The notes: generated from the sequence alone by a model not told the origin. A DNA stretch of 63,978 nucleotides, filler included, from Octopus bimaculoides (GCF_001194135.2; 5 parts of 5 records of this genome joined end to end with filler, not necessarily neighbours in it), one strand, 5' to 3'; shown: positions 1 to 13,685, counted from the whole stretch's first letter. Translations and numbers: made by a program.

Positions 1-78
<78 letters not shown>

Positions 79-260
79 TTATATATATAAATACATGCAT
101 AGATATATATATACATATATACACATATATACGCATATATATATTAACCCAATCACACATTGATAGATATGTGCGTACGTGCATGCATAAATACATAAGT
201 AGACACACACATACCTCTGTCTCTCTCTCTCTCTCTCACACACTCTCTCTCTCCCCCCTT
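1..260. repeat. (TA)n and (CT)n/(CA)n microsatellite cluster
   Basis: Direct dinucleotide runs. Confidence 0.95.
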
Positions 261-379
261 ATATAGAGGCATGCATGCGCGTACACGTACGTATAAATGC
301 ATGCAGAACCTTTTTCTAATGTTGCCCATTAATACCACTTAATCCTTCAAGATGTTTAATTTTCCATTAAAGAATTTCC

Positions 380-545
380 AAAACTAAGCAGAATGACAAC
401 GAGAGAAAGTGAGAGCGAGAGAGAGAAGTAGAAGAGAGAGAGCGGGAGAGAGAAGAAGAAGAGAGAGAAAGAGAGAGAGCGGGAGAGAGAAGAAGAAGAG
501 AGAGAAAGAAAGAGAGACGAAATTGAGAGAGAAAGAGAAAGTGAG
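380..545. repeat. GA-rich simple repeat with a duplicated GAGAGAGCGGGAGAGAGAAGAAG unit
   Basis: Near-pure purine + strand; the unit occurs at about 437 and 473. Confidence 0.85.
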
Positions 546-1499
546 AGAGATCAAAGGCTGGAGTAACACAGTTTGATTTCTCTTTGAATTCATCGGGAAA
601 ACACGAAAATATGGAATAAGGAGTTAGAGATAAGAATACATATATTAAGATTTGGCTTAAAATAATTCTTGAGGGAGAAGAAAAAAAAAACGGATTTGAG
701 AAATGAAAGTTCGTGATTTCAACTCTGTTGGTTCTCATCAGCTTCAGTGAACCCAAACCACGCATGCTTTCCCTCCGCTTATATATTAGTCAATATCCAG
801 TCAAGATCATCTGGTGATGCAAATTTGAGTGTAACTGTTATTGTTGATTTTGTTGCCCTTAAGCTTCAAATCAACTGTTTGATTTAGCAGAATCGCGATC
901 AAAACTATCCCAGCCGTTACCATCTCATCTTTTGTTTCTCAGGCGTAATGTATCTAAGGCTAATATTTTCGACTGTCTTTCCGTTTTTAAAACGTCACAG
1001 TGTTTGATTTGAGGAACATTCAGTTGCTATTTCTGAACACGATAAAACGAACCAAGCTCTCCGTGGTCAGAGAGTTAAAGCAATGATNNNNNNNNNNNNN
1101 NNNNNTATATATATATATATATATCCTGGAGTTTCATAGATTATTCCAAGACTAGAGAAACATAACAATAAGTAGGTTGAAAAGACATACAAGTTTATAG
1201 ATTTAAGGAGACATCCAAAATTATAGATTGTAAAGATACGTTCACGTTTGTGGATGACAAAGAGCCACAGAAGTCTGTATGTTGTAGAGACACGGACTTC
1301 TGTAAATGGTAGAGAAACATGGAAGTCAGTAGACCACGGATTCTCGAACGGGCTCCATATGGTCCTTGGGGGTTCATATAAAGTTTTCTTGTTGAAATAT
1401 ATGTGCAATAAATTGGTTATATGTACGAGATATTTAAATGTTTTAAAAATACAATTTCTAATTATATTTAATTATAAAAATATAGTAGGATATTTTTTA

Positions 1500-2000
1500 T
1501 AAATCGATGTGCCGATGGAAGTCCAGTTGAGTAAAACAGGAAAGAAAGGGGTCTACTGGCAGAAAAATGGTTGAGAAACACCGCTGTAGGCGATAGACAC
1601 GCAAGAAGTCTGTAGATTGTAATGAACATGGGAAATTTTATAAGTTTAGAGAAAGATGGAAATTTGTAGACGATAAAGATGCATTGAAGCGTGTAGGCAT
1701 TGAGACGTATGGAAGCCCGGAAGATGTATGGAAGTTTGAAAGTGTGTTGTCTGAAGAGAAACAAAATTTTGTAATATGCAATGAAGCATGGGGAATTTAT
1801 AGATTGTTGACAATATAGAGGGTTGCATGTTGCAGAGAAATATATAGATTTGTAGCTTATAGAACATAACAGTAAGCAGATTGCAGAAATAGAAATTTGG
1901 AGAGAAACATAACATTGTAGAATGTGGAGTTGCATAAACGTTTCTCGACAGTATAGAACATGAAAGCATATAAATTGTAGCAGATCCGAAATACGTTGAC
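1500..2000. repeat. Degenerate minisatellite-like tract with recurring (AAA)TT(T)GTAGA motif
   Basis: TGTAGA/TTGTAG recurs (about 1611, 1665, 1850, 1915, 1975) with AGAAA spacers. Confidence 0.45.
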
Positions 2001-2099
2001 TTCAGACAAACACACTAGTTTGGCATAGTTACGAGTAACCTGCAACCCACACGACCTTAATGGCACTCCTAACGAAACATTGCCTTGTACGTTTTAATA

Positions 2100-2353
2100 G
2101 TAAAGGTAAAGGTGGAGTTACCTTGTCGAGTCATGCCAGGCTCATAAGGGCCGGTTTTCCCGGTTTCCATGGCGTATAAAATCCCCCACCTGGACGGGAT
2201 GCTAGTCCGTCGCAGCTGAATGGACTGGAGAAACGTGAAATGGAGTGTTTTGCTCAAGAACACAACGCATCATCCGGTCCCGGTCCAGGAATCGAAAGCA
2301 CAATCTTACGATCATGAGTCTAACACCTTAACCACTAAACCACGCGCCTCCAC
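2100..2353 (-). mobile_element. tRNA-derived SINE (family A, GGAGGCGC head)
   Basis: Reverse complement begins GTGGAGGCGCGTGGTTTAGTGGTTAAGG (A box) and contains TTTCGATTCC (B box); the head matches the copies at 46620-46932 and 56520. Confidence 0.8.
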
Positions 2354-2365
2354 ACTTTTTAGTAG

Positions 2366-2443
2366 TGCGGTGCGCCAAATGAAAAAGCGTGTTTCATGCA
2401 GCTCGCTTCTCGAAAAAGGTTTCACCCAACCTCAAGGAAATGT
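2366..2443 (+). CDS. Candidate exon (model A), CGAPNEKACFMQLASRKRFHPTSRKC
   Basis: tttttagtag acceptor, TGT|gtaagc donor, 78 nt open, phase-compatible with 4339; the acceptor abuts a SINE head. Confidence 0.2.
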
Positions 2444-3654
2444 GTAAGCTCTTTCTAGGTTTGCTGATACAGAAAACAATATCAGCAAATCTTTTTATAG
2501 TTGATACTAAAACGTATTGAATTACCGTATAAAGTTCTGGAAGAACTGAAGCCAGCAATTCGATTTTCATCCGTAGAAGGAATCCTTTTGTTCCGCTAAT
2601 AATTTTGGTAAAGGCGTAGTTTCCCTTTGTAATATTAAGTTCCGTTTTTAACAAAAATATGATTGATGAAGTTATCTTTACTTAATCGACCAATCAACTC
2701 AGTACATCAACCAAATCTCAACCATTTCTAGACCAACATATTTCAGAATGAGGGGACGGGCATGATTAGAACGGCAACTAAATAGTTCTTCAATAAACAA
2801 ATTCCGTACGTAGATATACCGAAGTAGAGCTAACAAGAACTGCTCAAAACCGTTGTTGCCATTCCTATCACGATCAACACCCCCGTAATCACCAGCGCCA
2901 ATAACAACAACAGCAACAACAACAAAAATAATACATCAAATAACAATAACAACAACAATTGCAACGATGTATCTCATATAATAAAGTACGGTATGCCAGG
3001 GCATATATATATATATATATATATATANNNNNNNNNNNNNNNNNNNNNNNNNNNNNNNNNNNNNNNNNNNNNNNNNNNNNNNNNNNNNNNNNNNNNNNNN
3101 NNNNNNNNNNNNNNNNNNNNNNNNNNNNNNNNNNNNNNNNNNNNNNNNNNNNNNNNNNNNNNNNNNNNNNNNNNNNNNNNNNNNNNNNNNNNNNNNNNNN
3201 NNNNNNNNNNNNNNNNNNNNNNNNNNNNNNNNNNNNNNNNNNNNNNNNNNNNNNNNNNNNNNNNNNNNNNNNNNNNNNNNNNNNNNNNNNNNNNNNNNNN
3301 NNNNNNNNNNNNNNNNNNNNNNNNNNNNNNNNNNNNNNNNNNNNNNNNNNNNNNNNNNNNNNNNNNNNNNNNNNNNNNNNNNNNNNNNNNNNNNNNNNNN
3401 NNNNNNNNNNNNNNNNNNNNNNNNNNNNNNNNNNNNNNNNNNNNNNNNNNNNNNNNNNNNNNNNNNNNNNNNNNNNNNNNNNNNNNNNNNNNNNNNNNNN
3501 NNNNNNNNNNNNNNNNNNNNNNNNNNNNNNNNNNNNNNNNNNNNNNNNNNNNNNNNNNNNNNNNNNNNNNNNNNNNNNNNNNNNNNNNNNNNNNNNNNNN
3601 NNNNNNNNNNNNNNNNNNNNNNNNNNNNNNNNNNNNNNNNNNNNNNNNNNNNNN

Positions 3655-3738
<84 letters not shown>

Positions 3739-4338
3739 ATGCAGAGGGATCGGTAGACTGTACTTAGTCGTTCGGCCGATAATCTGCATTAGTTAATGAA
3801 GCGATACATCTGAAAATCAGACGGGATGGTCACGACTGAGATTGCTTTACTCATAGGTCTGCTACGACAGCAACACAACTAGAAACCAGTAGTTCGTGTG
3901 CCATAGGCCTGCTTGATTAGGGATGGCCTGAAATTTCACGCGGAGAAGAAGAAGGAAGAGAAAGAGAAGAAGAACAACAGCAACAACAACAACAACAAGA
4001 GGAAGAAAAGACGAAAAAGAAGAAGAGCAACAACATGAACGCCATGCATTTCAAGTTAATTAGTCAGTTTCTGCAAGAGTGATGTCTCTCAGTATGCAAA
4101 CGAATACACGCTAGAATCATTTAGAAAATTAATTGCTGATGCTTTATAATATAATTATATTTAGGGAAAATGTTATTATCGCAATTAAGAATTTCGGCCT
4201 AAAAATAACCAGCACTATTAACCTTAGAATCGTAAATTTCGTAGATATATACAAACCTTATAATGAATGGAATGAAAGAAAAAAACTAATTGTTATGCAT
4301 TAGTTCCTGCCACTCACCTATTGTTTTATAATACTTAG

Positions 4339-4417
4339 ATTAGTAAGACGATACTCTCGTACCTCGGTAAGGTGGCCTCTTATTTGAAGAGTAATTTAGC
4401 TGCTATCAGATTCAAAG
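4339..4417 (+). CDS. Candidate exon (model A), ISKTILSYLGKVASYLKSNLAAIRFK
   Basis: ctcac..ttgttttataatacttag acceptor, AAG|gtaaga donor, 79 nt open, phase 0/1. Confidence 0.4.
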
Positions 4418-5496
4418 GTAAGATTACCTACATTCCTCGCCTCCTGATGCAAGGAACTGGAGCCATAAAATTATGTGGTTTTACGCTCGCCTTTTCTTTA
4501 AACGTTAAGTCAAGTATAAACAGAAACCTCCAAGCTCTGATAGATAAGCATATTCTCCGTTAACACTTCGACAGAAAGCTATTTAACAGGAACTGACAGA
4601 TGTACTCTCAACATGAAAGACTTATAATACACAAACCGACAAAATTAGCAGAGGCTAAGTGCACATGTAGAAACATTAATGCATGTCACTTGACCAGTCA
4701 TGCAGTGCAGAGGAGATAATATATGGAGCAGATATCTGCTCTACTAAACCAAACGACACCATTGGGTATGAAAATTTCATTAGTATGGTGAAAGGTAGAT
4801 TTACGCTGCATTACTTCAACTACACATCATCTTTCAGACGTATTATCAAGCTACATCTGGTACTTGAAAGCATGATATTGACTTTCACATCAAGTGGAAA
4901 ACCCCAGAGGAGTTGACGGAGCATACATCAATGGGACTAAAAGATACAACTTGTGCGTAACCGAAAAGAATATAATCTCGAATAACAACAATTCCATGAA
5001 TTATCTAAACACAAGATCGGAGTGGTTGAAGTAATGCCGCCATTTCGACAAGAATCTGCTAAAATTGGGGTGATGTACAAGGTATCGGGTTAAACAGAGT
5101 AGTAGTGATCTACCAGACACTGGGTTGAGTAATGGTTTACCAGGAATTTTTTCCACAATTCCTTAAGCAGTCTGTTCCTACTAAAATATAATTATTATTT
5201 CATTTCATAACCCCCACCTCTCTTTTAATATCAGAATAAGGAAAAAAATGCAGAACATTTCCGAACAACTTTTATTTTGTCAATCTAAAAGAATAAACGC
5301 AGCTCAGCCAAGAATTTTTTAATAGAGTAATAGAGTTGTGATTCCATAAGAAATAACTTTGGAGTAGTTACAGCATACGATCGGAACTATTCCTGTGTCC
5401 GGTAGCTTTATATGACCAAAGGGTGTTTTTATGGCAGATTGATAGTCAAAGGTCGTTCGAGATTTGATTGAGATTTTAACTCTCCCATGAAAGTAT

Positions 5497-5534
<38 letters not shown>

Positions 5535-5749
5535 TGTGTGTATGTGTGTGTGTATGTGTGTGTGTGTGTATGTGTGTGTGTGTATGTATGTGTGTATGTA
5601 TTCGTATGCATTTGTGCCTGTGTGTATGTATACTCTTATGTATTGAGTTCTATTACTCTTGTTTGTTCCACCAAACGTATACATACGTACGTACTTACAT
5701 ACATCATACATACTTGCATATACACATGCACACGTGCTCACGCACGCAC

Positions 5750-5785
<36 letters not shown>

Positions 5786-6346
5786 GCACACACATGTAAA
5801 TATGTATACATACAAACACAGACACATATATGTACATATAGAGATAGATAGATAAATGGATGGAGAAAGAAAGAAATCGGAATATGGGCNNNNNNNNNNN
5901 NNNNNNNNNNNNNNNNNNNNNNNNNNNNNNNNNNNNNNNNNNNNNNNNNNNNNNNNNNNNNNNNNNNNNNNNNNNNNNNNNNNNNNNNNNNNNNNNNNNN
6001 NNNNNNNNNNNNNNNNNNNNNNNNNNNNNNNNNNNNNNNNNNNNNNNNNNNNNNNNNNNNNNNNNNNNNNNNNNNNNNNNNNNNNNNNNNNNNNNNNNNN
6101 NNNNNNNNNNNNNNNNNNNNNNGAGAGAGAGAGAGAGAGAGAGAGATGGTAAAGGTAAGTGAGAAATCTAAGCGAGAATTTAACACGTAAATCCAGTGTA
6201 GTCTCTTTCGCAGCATGGTTGCCTATATACTTCAGTTTACCACAAATCTCTCAGTTCGTAATTGAAGTATAGTGAAAAAGATAATTGAAATTGCTCTGAA
6301 AGGAATATCTGTTCTGTGTTCCCCACTGTTCTGAGTTCCTCCTTAG

Positions 6347-6390
6347 TCGAAGGATACGTAGGAATATGGTACCTGAAGGTTATCGGAAGC
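6347..6390 (+). CDS. Candidate exon (model A), (V)EGYVGIWYLKVIGS
   Basis: ttcctccttag acceptor, AGC|gtaagt donor, phase 1/0; followed by a 119-nt intron-like segment. Confidence 0.4.
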
Positions 6391-6509
6391 GTAAGTCGAC
6401 TGAAATAAAGTGGTATAGATAATGTTTGCTGTGTGGGGAAAACCTAAAGTAATAATTGACACGGTAACTTCCTCTTTTCCTTATCTCTGTTGGTTTTGTT
6501 TCCTTACAG

Positions 6510-6583
6510 TGATGTTTATATCAAGCCGGAGTTTGTGTTGATCTGATGGGCAGCAAACCAATTACGATTACATCAAAATAAGG
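6510..6583 (+). other. Candidate terminal or non-coding exon (starts with TGA in the model A frame)
   Basis: Very strong polypyrimidine acceptor ttcctcttttccttatctctgttggttttgtttccttacag; 3' end uncertain. Confidence 0.35.
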
Positions 6584-6804
6584 TTACGTTAACTTTAAAT
6601 ACGGGTACATTATTCCCACAAGATGGGATGAGCCGACTGGGCGCGGTTGTTTGGGCGCTGTCGATTTGGCACGGCGGTTTGGCGAGAGTACACAAGCTCA
6701 TATACATATATGTGCGCATGCGCAGAAATATACACATACAGATAATGAGAGAGAGAGAGAAAGAAGAGGTGATGAGAAGACATGATGATGATGTATATTA
6801 TATA

Positions 6805-6838
<34 letters not shown>

Positions 6839-7823
6839 NNNNNNNNNNNNNNNNNNNNNNNNNNNNNNNNNNNNNNNNNNNNNNNNNNNNNNNNNNNNNN
6901 NNNNNNNNNNNNNNNNNNNNNNNNNNNNNNNNNNNNNNNNNNNNNNNNNNNNNNNNNNNNNNNNNNNNNNNNNNNNNNNNNNNNNNNNNNNNNNNNNNNN
7001 NNNNNNNNNNNNNNNNNNNNNNNNNNNNNNNNNNNNNNNNNNNNNNNNNNNNNNNNNNNNNNNNNNNNNNNNNNNNNNNNNNNNNNNNNNNNNNNNNNNN
7101 NNNNNNNNNNNNNNNNNNNNNNNNNNNNNNNNNNNNNNNNNNNNNNNNNNNNNNNNNNNNNNNNNNNNNNNNNNNNNNNNNNNNNNNNNNNNNNNNNTAT
7201 ATACATACACACAAACATACATGAGAATATATATAAACATATATGCATGTACATACACACACACACACACACATGTAAACACATATACGCGTATGTGTAT
7301 GTATGGTGTATGTATGGACGTAGATATGGTTATTTTTATGTTTGTATACACCGCTGCAGTAGCGTTGAAGGAATGCTTAATTAGATATATGAAATATTTA
7401 AAAAAATGAAGTAAAAGCACAAAATGATATCTAAGGAAACGGGGAAAATGGAGCGAATGTTTGAAAAATAAATACTAGAATGTTCTTTATAGACTGAAAA
7501 TGTTTCATTGCATAACTTCCGGTTTAATCTTCTGCTAGTGAAACAAAGAAACAGTGACAAACAATGGTGGAAGGAATAATGAGATAAAAAAATAATAAGA
7601 ACAGAATGGGGAATGGAAAAGCAGAGATCAATTAGCTCGGATTGACAGTCAAGAGGGAGTAATGTGTGTGTAAAGAAGGGAAGAAATATCGAAATGAAGG
7701 CAGCAGGAAAGTAATGTGTGAATTTGGAAATAAAGCTTTCATTAAAATGGACGATTTGAGAGGATGACATTTAAGGGAGATAATTCAAAACTTGTAAGAA
7801 TATAGGGAAAGAAAATAAGTCCG

Positions 7824-7825
<2 letters not shown>

Positions 7826-7907
<82 letters not shown>

Positions 7908-7908
7908 T
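7826..7908. repeat. (TATC)n tetranucleotide microsatellite
   Basis: About 20 perfect units. Confidence 0.97.
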
Positions 7909-8289
7909 TGCTTGTATGTATAAATGCTTATGCATCAATGCATGCATGTAAATATACTATGCTGCCAGAATTGTGTTAATGCTGTCACTCTGGCTCTAAA
8001 GCTATCTCTTTTATACTTCCTACAATATTTGTAAAAAATACGTGTGGAAGTTATTATGATAATCCTTTACATTACATAGCTGTATTATCATATTCTGTAC
8101 ATCACCTTGTCACCATCGACGCAGCAAAACTGTATAATACTATTCTGTACACACTCTTTCACTACGACAGATCCACTCCCCACTTTGCGCTAGCAACATT
8201 AAACTCTTTCTAAATCCCACAAAAGAATGGGCTTAGAAAGTTGTGATGTGAAGAAAATATATGATGAGCAGCAAAAGGATGAGAGGGAA

Positions 8290-8945
8290 ATATTGTGAAG
8301 AGAGAGAAAGAGAGACAGTGGGGACGATAGTGAGTGAAAAAAAAAAAGAAAAAAGGTTGATAGAAAGAAGATATGAAAAAGAAGAGAAAGAGTGAAAGAG
8401 AGAGAGACAGAGTTATAGAAAGAGAACAGAGGAAGATGGAAAATAAAATGTGAGAGAGACAAAAAGAAGAGATAAAGAGGGAGATAGAGAAAGGAGACAG
8501 TGAAAGATAGAAAGTGAGAGAAAGCGAGAGACAAAAAGAGATAGAGACAAAAAGAGATAGAGAGAGCCAAGGAGAAAGAAAGAGAGAGAGAGAAGGAGAG
8601 ACAAGGAGAAGAAGAGAGACTGAAAGAGAAAGAGAGAGAAATGAGAAATAGAGATATAGAGAGATAGAGACAAAGGGAAGAATAGATATATAGAGAGATG
8701 GAGACAATGAGAAGGATAGATAGAGAGAGATACAGAGACAAAGACAAGGAGAAGGAGAGAGAAAGAGAGAGATAGAGAGATAGAGACAAGGAGAAGGTTA
8801 GAGAGATAGAAATAGATAGATAGAGAGAGAGACAAGGAAAAAGATAGATAGATAGAGAGAGAGAGACAAGGAGAAAGACAGAGAGATAGAAGACAAGGAG
8901 AAAGATAGAGAGACAAGGAGAAAGGGAGTGACGGTGAGAGAGATT
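8290..8945. repeat. Long purine-rich (GA) tract with recurring GAGACAAGGAGAA unit
   Basis: About 650 nt almost all A/G on the + strand; GACAAGGAGAA is repeated at least 6 times. Confidence 0.9.
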
Positions 8946-9872
8946 GTGGTAGAAAATGCAGAGATGAAAACCTACTGTGGACTGAATTTCCTAGATGGAA
9001 TCCATGGTTACTGAAGTCCATAACAACTGGTCTCCCTTTATTCCTTCCTGCCTTCCTTTCTTCCTTCTCTTTCTTTCTCAGCTCCTTCCTCCTTTCTTTC
9101 CTTTCTTTCTTTCCATCTTTAACCCTGACAGGGGTCTTCTCTTTTTCCCCCTCGCTATTCATACGACATCCGTGCGTTGCCTAAGACTACTCTGAAGCAA
9201 GTGGTATGTTTTTTGCTACGTGTTTCAGTGAAAAATTCTTACTAAGTTCTCCAAGACATCAAAAAAAGAAAGAAAAACAACAAACAAAAAAAAAACAACA
9301 AAACAAAAGCAAAGCAAAACAATCCCCCCCACCCAAAACCCAACAAAACAACGCGTTACAAAACAAAGTAAAAGAGAAAACGTTGGGGTAAAGAAAGGTA
9401 AGAGTCCCATCAGAGAGCAATTTTTGTGTGAAATCTCGCAATGTTACGTTTTATTCAAGCAGACGACATGAGATGGGGNNNNNNNNNNNNNNNNNNNNNN
9501 NNNNNNNNNNNNNNNNNNNNNNNNNNNNNNNNNNNNNNNNNNNNNNNNNNNNNNNNNNNNNNNNNNNNNNNNNNNNNNNNNNNNNNNNNNNNNNNNNNNN
9601 NNNNNNNNNNNNNNNNNNNNNNNNNNNNNNNNNNNNNNNNNNNNNNNNNNNNNNNNNNNNNNNNNNNNNNNNNNNNNNNNNNNNNNNNNNNNNNNNNNNN
9701 NNNNNNNNNNNNNNNNNNNNNNNNNNNNNNNNNNNNNNNNNNNNNNNNNNNNNNNNNNNNNNNNNNNNNNNNNNNNNNNNNNNNNNNNNNNNNNNNNNNN
9801 ATATATATGTGTGTGTATGTGGATATGCTTTGTGGGTGTGGGTGTATGCATGCATATATGCTTATGTAAGTG

Positions 9873-9928
<56 letters not shown>

Positions 9929-10169
9929 AATATGTGTGTGTGTGTGTGAGTATGTGTATGTAAAACTATGTGTGTATGTAAGCATGTATGTGTATATGTG
10001 TATGTAAACATGAGTGTGTATATGTATGTTTGTAGGTAGGTATGTGTATAATTAGTTGTTGAATTGGTAAAGAACATACGCAGCAATGGGAAATGATACT
10101 GACAGCATCCATTCAATGCGAGTTCAATACCCGCTTTTGATAGTGAATGTTTATGTGTGTTTGTTTGTT

Positions 10170-10203
<34 letters not shown>

Positions 10204-10459
10204 GAACGATGTATATGTGAAACTGTGTAAGTATGTGTACATATGGGTGTACGTGTATAGCTGTGTACCTGTATGTTTTTGTAAGGGAATTGTCATTAAT
10301 TATCACGTAAATAAAACGCATTTTCGTCTCTCGTACACCCATGTGTGCGTACACATACACATACACGCACATGTACACACATACACACACACACACACAG
10401 TCTGTCTACATACGTATTGATCTATTTATCATACTCTCACCGTCTAACTTTCTCTGTGT

Positions 10460-10487
10460 GTATCTATCTATCAATCTATCTCTCTAT

Positions 10488-10567
<80 letters not shown>

Positions 10568-10572
10568 TTGTT

Positions 10573-10605
<33 letters not shown>

Positions 10606-10721
10606 ATATATCTGTCTGTATGTCTGTCTGTTTGTCTATCTATCTATCTATCTATCTATTTATCTATCTATCTGTCTGTCTGTCTGTCTGCCTGCCTGCC
10701 TGCCTGACTGTCTGCCTGCCT

Positions 10722-10768
<47 letters not shown>

Positions 10769-10908
10769 CCAATTATCCATCCTTATTCATATCAATTTGC
10801 CAGTCTTTCTGTCAATCTATCTTTCTCTTTCTGTCCCTTCTCTCAGTCTGTGTGTCGTCTGTATGTTTCTCTGCCTGTCTCCGTGTCTAATGGTTTTGTT
10901 TCTGTCTG

Positions 10909-10963
<55 letters not shown>

Positions 10964-10965
10964 GA
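10460..10965. repeat. Compound (TCTG)n/(TCTA)n/(CCTG)n microsatellite
   Basis: Direct tetranucleotide runs. Confidence 0.95.
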
Positions 10966-11307
10966 CTATTATGTATCAATCACTCAATGAATCNNNNNNN
11001 NNNNNNNNNNNNNNNNNNNNNNNNNNNNNNNNNNNNNNNNNNNNNNNNNNNNNNNNNNNNNNNNNNNNNNNNNNNNNNNNNNNNNNNNNNNNNNNNNNNN
11101 NNNNNNNNNNNNNNNNNNNNNNNNNNNNNNNNNNNNNNNNNNNNNNNNNNNNNNNNNNNNNNNNNNNNNNNNNNNNNNNNNNNNNNNNNNNNNNNNNNNN
11201 NNNNNNNNNNNNNNNNNNNNNNNNNNNNNNNNNNNNNNNNNNNNNNNNNNNNNNNNNNNNNNNNNNNNNNNNNNNNNNNNNNNNNNNNNNNNNNNNNNNN
11301 NNNNNNN

Positions 11308-11620
11308 CATCATCATAACCGCCAACGTAACCTCAGCTACCATCATATTGGTCACTACCACTATTCCTGAAACTGCCCACACCACCGCCACCACCACAAC
11401 CGCCACCACCACCACCGCCGCTGTGATCATCATCATAACCGCCAACGTAACCTCAGCTACCATCATATTGGTCACTACCACTATTCCTGAAACTGCCCAC
11501 ACCACCGCCACCACTACCAGCGCACCACCAGCACCACCCCATACCACAACCCAATCACTTGTAGCACCACCAGAACCATTACCACAACCACCTCCAACAC
11601 CGCCATGACGACAACCATCC
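11308..11620 (+). repeat. 120-bp in-frame tandem repeat, Thr/Pro-rich when translated
   Basis: CATCATCATAACCGCCAACG starts at 11308 and 11428; 40-aa period; preceded by an N gap. Confidence 0.85.
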
Positions 11621-11687
11621 CTACAACTGCCACCATGCACCAAGCACCACCACCACCACCATCACCGCTACTACTACTACCAAGCAT

Positions 11688-11736
<49 letters not shown>

Positions 11737-11954
11737 GGCAAAAACCATCAATAGAAGACAATAGAAGAGAACTGGAGGCGGTGGAGATGTGGAGTGTGGG
11801 GGTGAACAACAAGAAAAACAAGCCTATTCACGGAATACAACGCATATGATTTATTAACAGAACATATCTGATCATACTTATTAATATATATATATATATG
11901 TGTGTATGTGTGTGTGTGTGTTTATATGTATATATATACACACACACACGTACG

Positions 11955-11988
<34 letters not shown>

Positions 11989-12249
11989 TATATGTGTGTG
12001 TGCGTGTACGTGTGTATTATATATACATATTATATATATTTTTTCACGATTGAATGAACAAACCAATGAAAGAATGCAATAATCAATACCTACACTTGCA
12101 ATCATATCTATCTAATAACAGGTTGACTTAGCTCCACATTACTTAAAGTTTCGTGGGTGTAGAATACCGCCCACATCATCAGGTAATAATGCGGTCATGC
12201 ACTACGCCTAGAAAACTTTAAATAATGTAGAACTGAGTGAAACTGTTTG

Positions 12250-12297
<48 letters not shown>

Positions 12298-13145
12298 GCA
12301 CGCACACACACAATTGTTTACATGAACACAAACAGAGTACTCATTATATTTGTACTGTGAAATATGTATGAGGTATNNNNNNNNNNNNNNNNNNNNNNNN
12401 NNNNNNNNNNNNNNNNNNNNNNNNNNNNNNNNNNNNNNNNNNNNNNNNNNNNNNNNNNNNNNNNNNNNNNNNNNNNNNNNNNNNNNNNNNNNNNNNNNNN
12501 NNNNNNNNNNNNNNNNNNNNNNNNNNNNNNNNNNNNNNNNNNNNNNNNNNNNNNNNNNNNNNNNNNNNNNNNNNNNNNNNNNNNNNNNNNNNNNNNNNNN
12601 NNNNNNNNNNNNNNNNNNNNNNNNNNNNNNNNNATGTATATGTAATTAAAGGTGACTTATTTCTCTTGGGTAATTAGAAATAAAATACAAGATGAAAAAT
12701 AAAATGAAATAAAATAAAAAATGGAATAAGCATATCAATAAAAATTTAAATCAGAATTCAGAAAATATATGAAGAAAAATAACCTAAAAATATTAAATAA
12801 CAAATTGGAGAAAAGCGTAGAGAGGAAATATAATTAAAGTTGTATAGGAATTTACGTGGAAATATAAGGGAGTCGTAAAGGGATCGCAAGTTCAGGAATG
12901 TCAATTATTGGGTTAAAATAGAAAGGGAATCAGAGGGGTAGATATTGATTTGTAATGATAGGGAGATTGATAACAGGGTGGAAATATTAAAGAGTGCATG
13001 TTTACAAGATAGAGCTCGGTATATCGATCCATTTAATCAGGTGGAGAGTTGTAATCTTTCACTATTCGTTGTTGGAGATAGTTATCGAAGTATTGTATAT
13101 GTACAGTATATATGCATATGTATATGCATGTGTATATATATATAG

Positions 13146-13182
<37 letters not shown>

Positions 13183-13201
13183 TGTGTGTTCATTAACATA
13201 T

Positions 13202-13289
<88 letters not shown>

Positions 13290-13454
13290 ATACATATATA
13301 TACAAAAGCACACAAATGTACATATACACACACATGGTGTATCTATCTGTATAAATATGTGTGTACATATGTAATATATATATATCTGTTTGCATGAGTG
13401 TATGTTCGAATGAATTTGTGAGTGCATATATATATATATATATATATATATTAA

Positions 13455-13590
13455 TATATTACACGAAATTGGGAGTAGATACCCAGCCGACAACTGATGA
13501 AGGGTCATTCTTTGTATTACTTGTCCTTTTTTCTCTCGTTGTTTGCGTATTTAACCCATGTTGTTTACTGTTGGTGACGTCCTGTCCCCA
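13455..13590 (+). repeat. Dispersed repeat with CGAAA...GACAACTGATGAAGG motif (copy 1)
   Basis: Shares motif order and the downstream T-rich tail with the minus-strand copy at 17160-17300. Confidence 0.5.
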
Positions 13591-13633
13591 TATATGCATA
13601 TATATATAGAAAGACAGATAGTTATATTTCTAA

Positions 13634-13685
<52 letters not shown>

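Noticed and set aside
700-735. Minus-strand CTGATGA...GAAA near 707-730
   Set aside because: Stems do not pair and there is no NUH in register; likely chance
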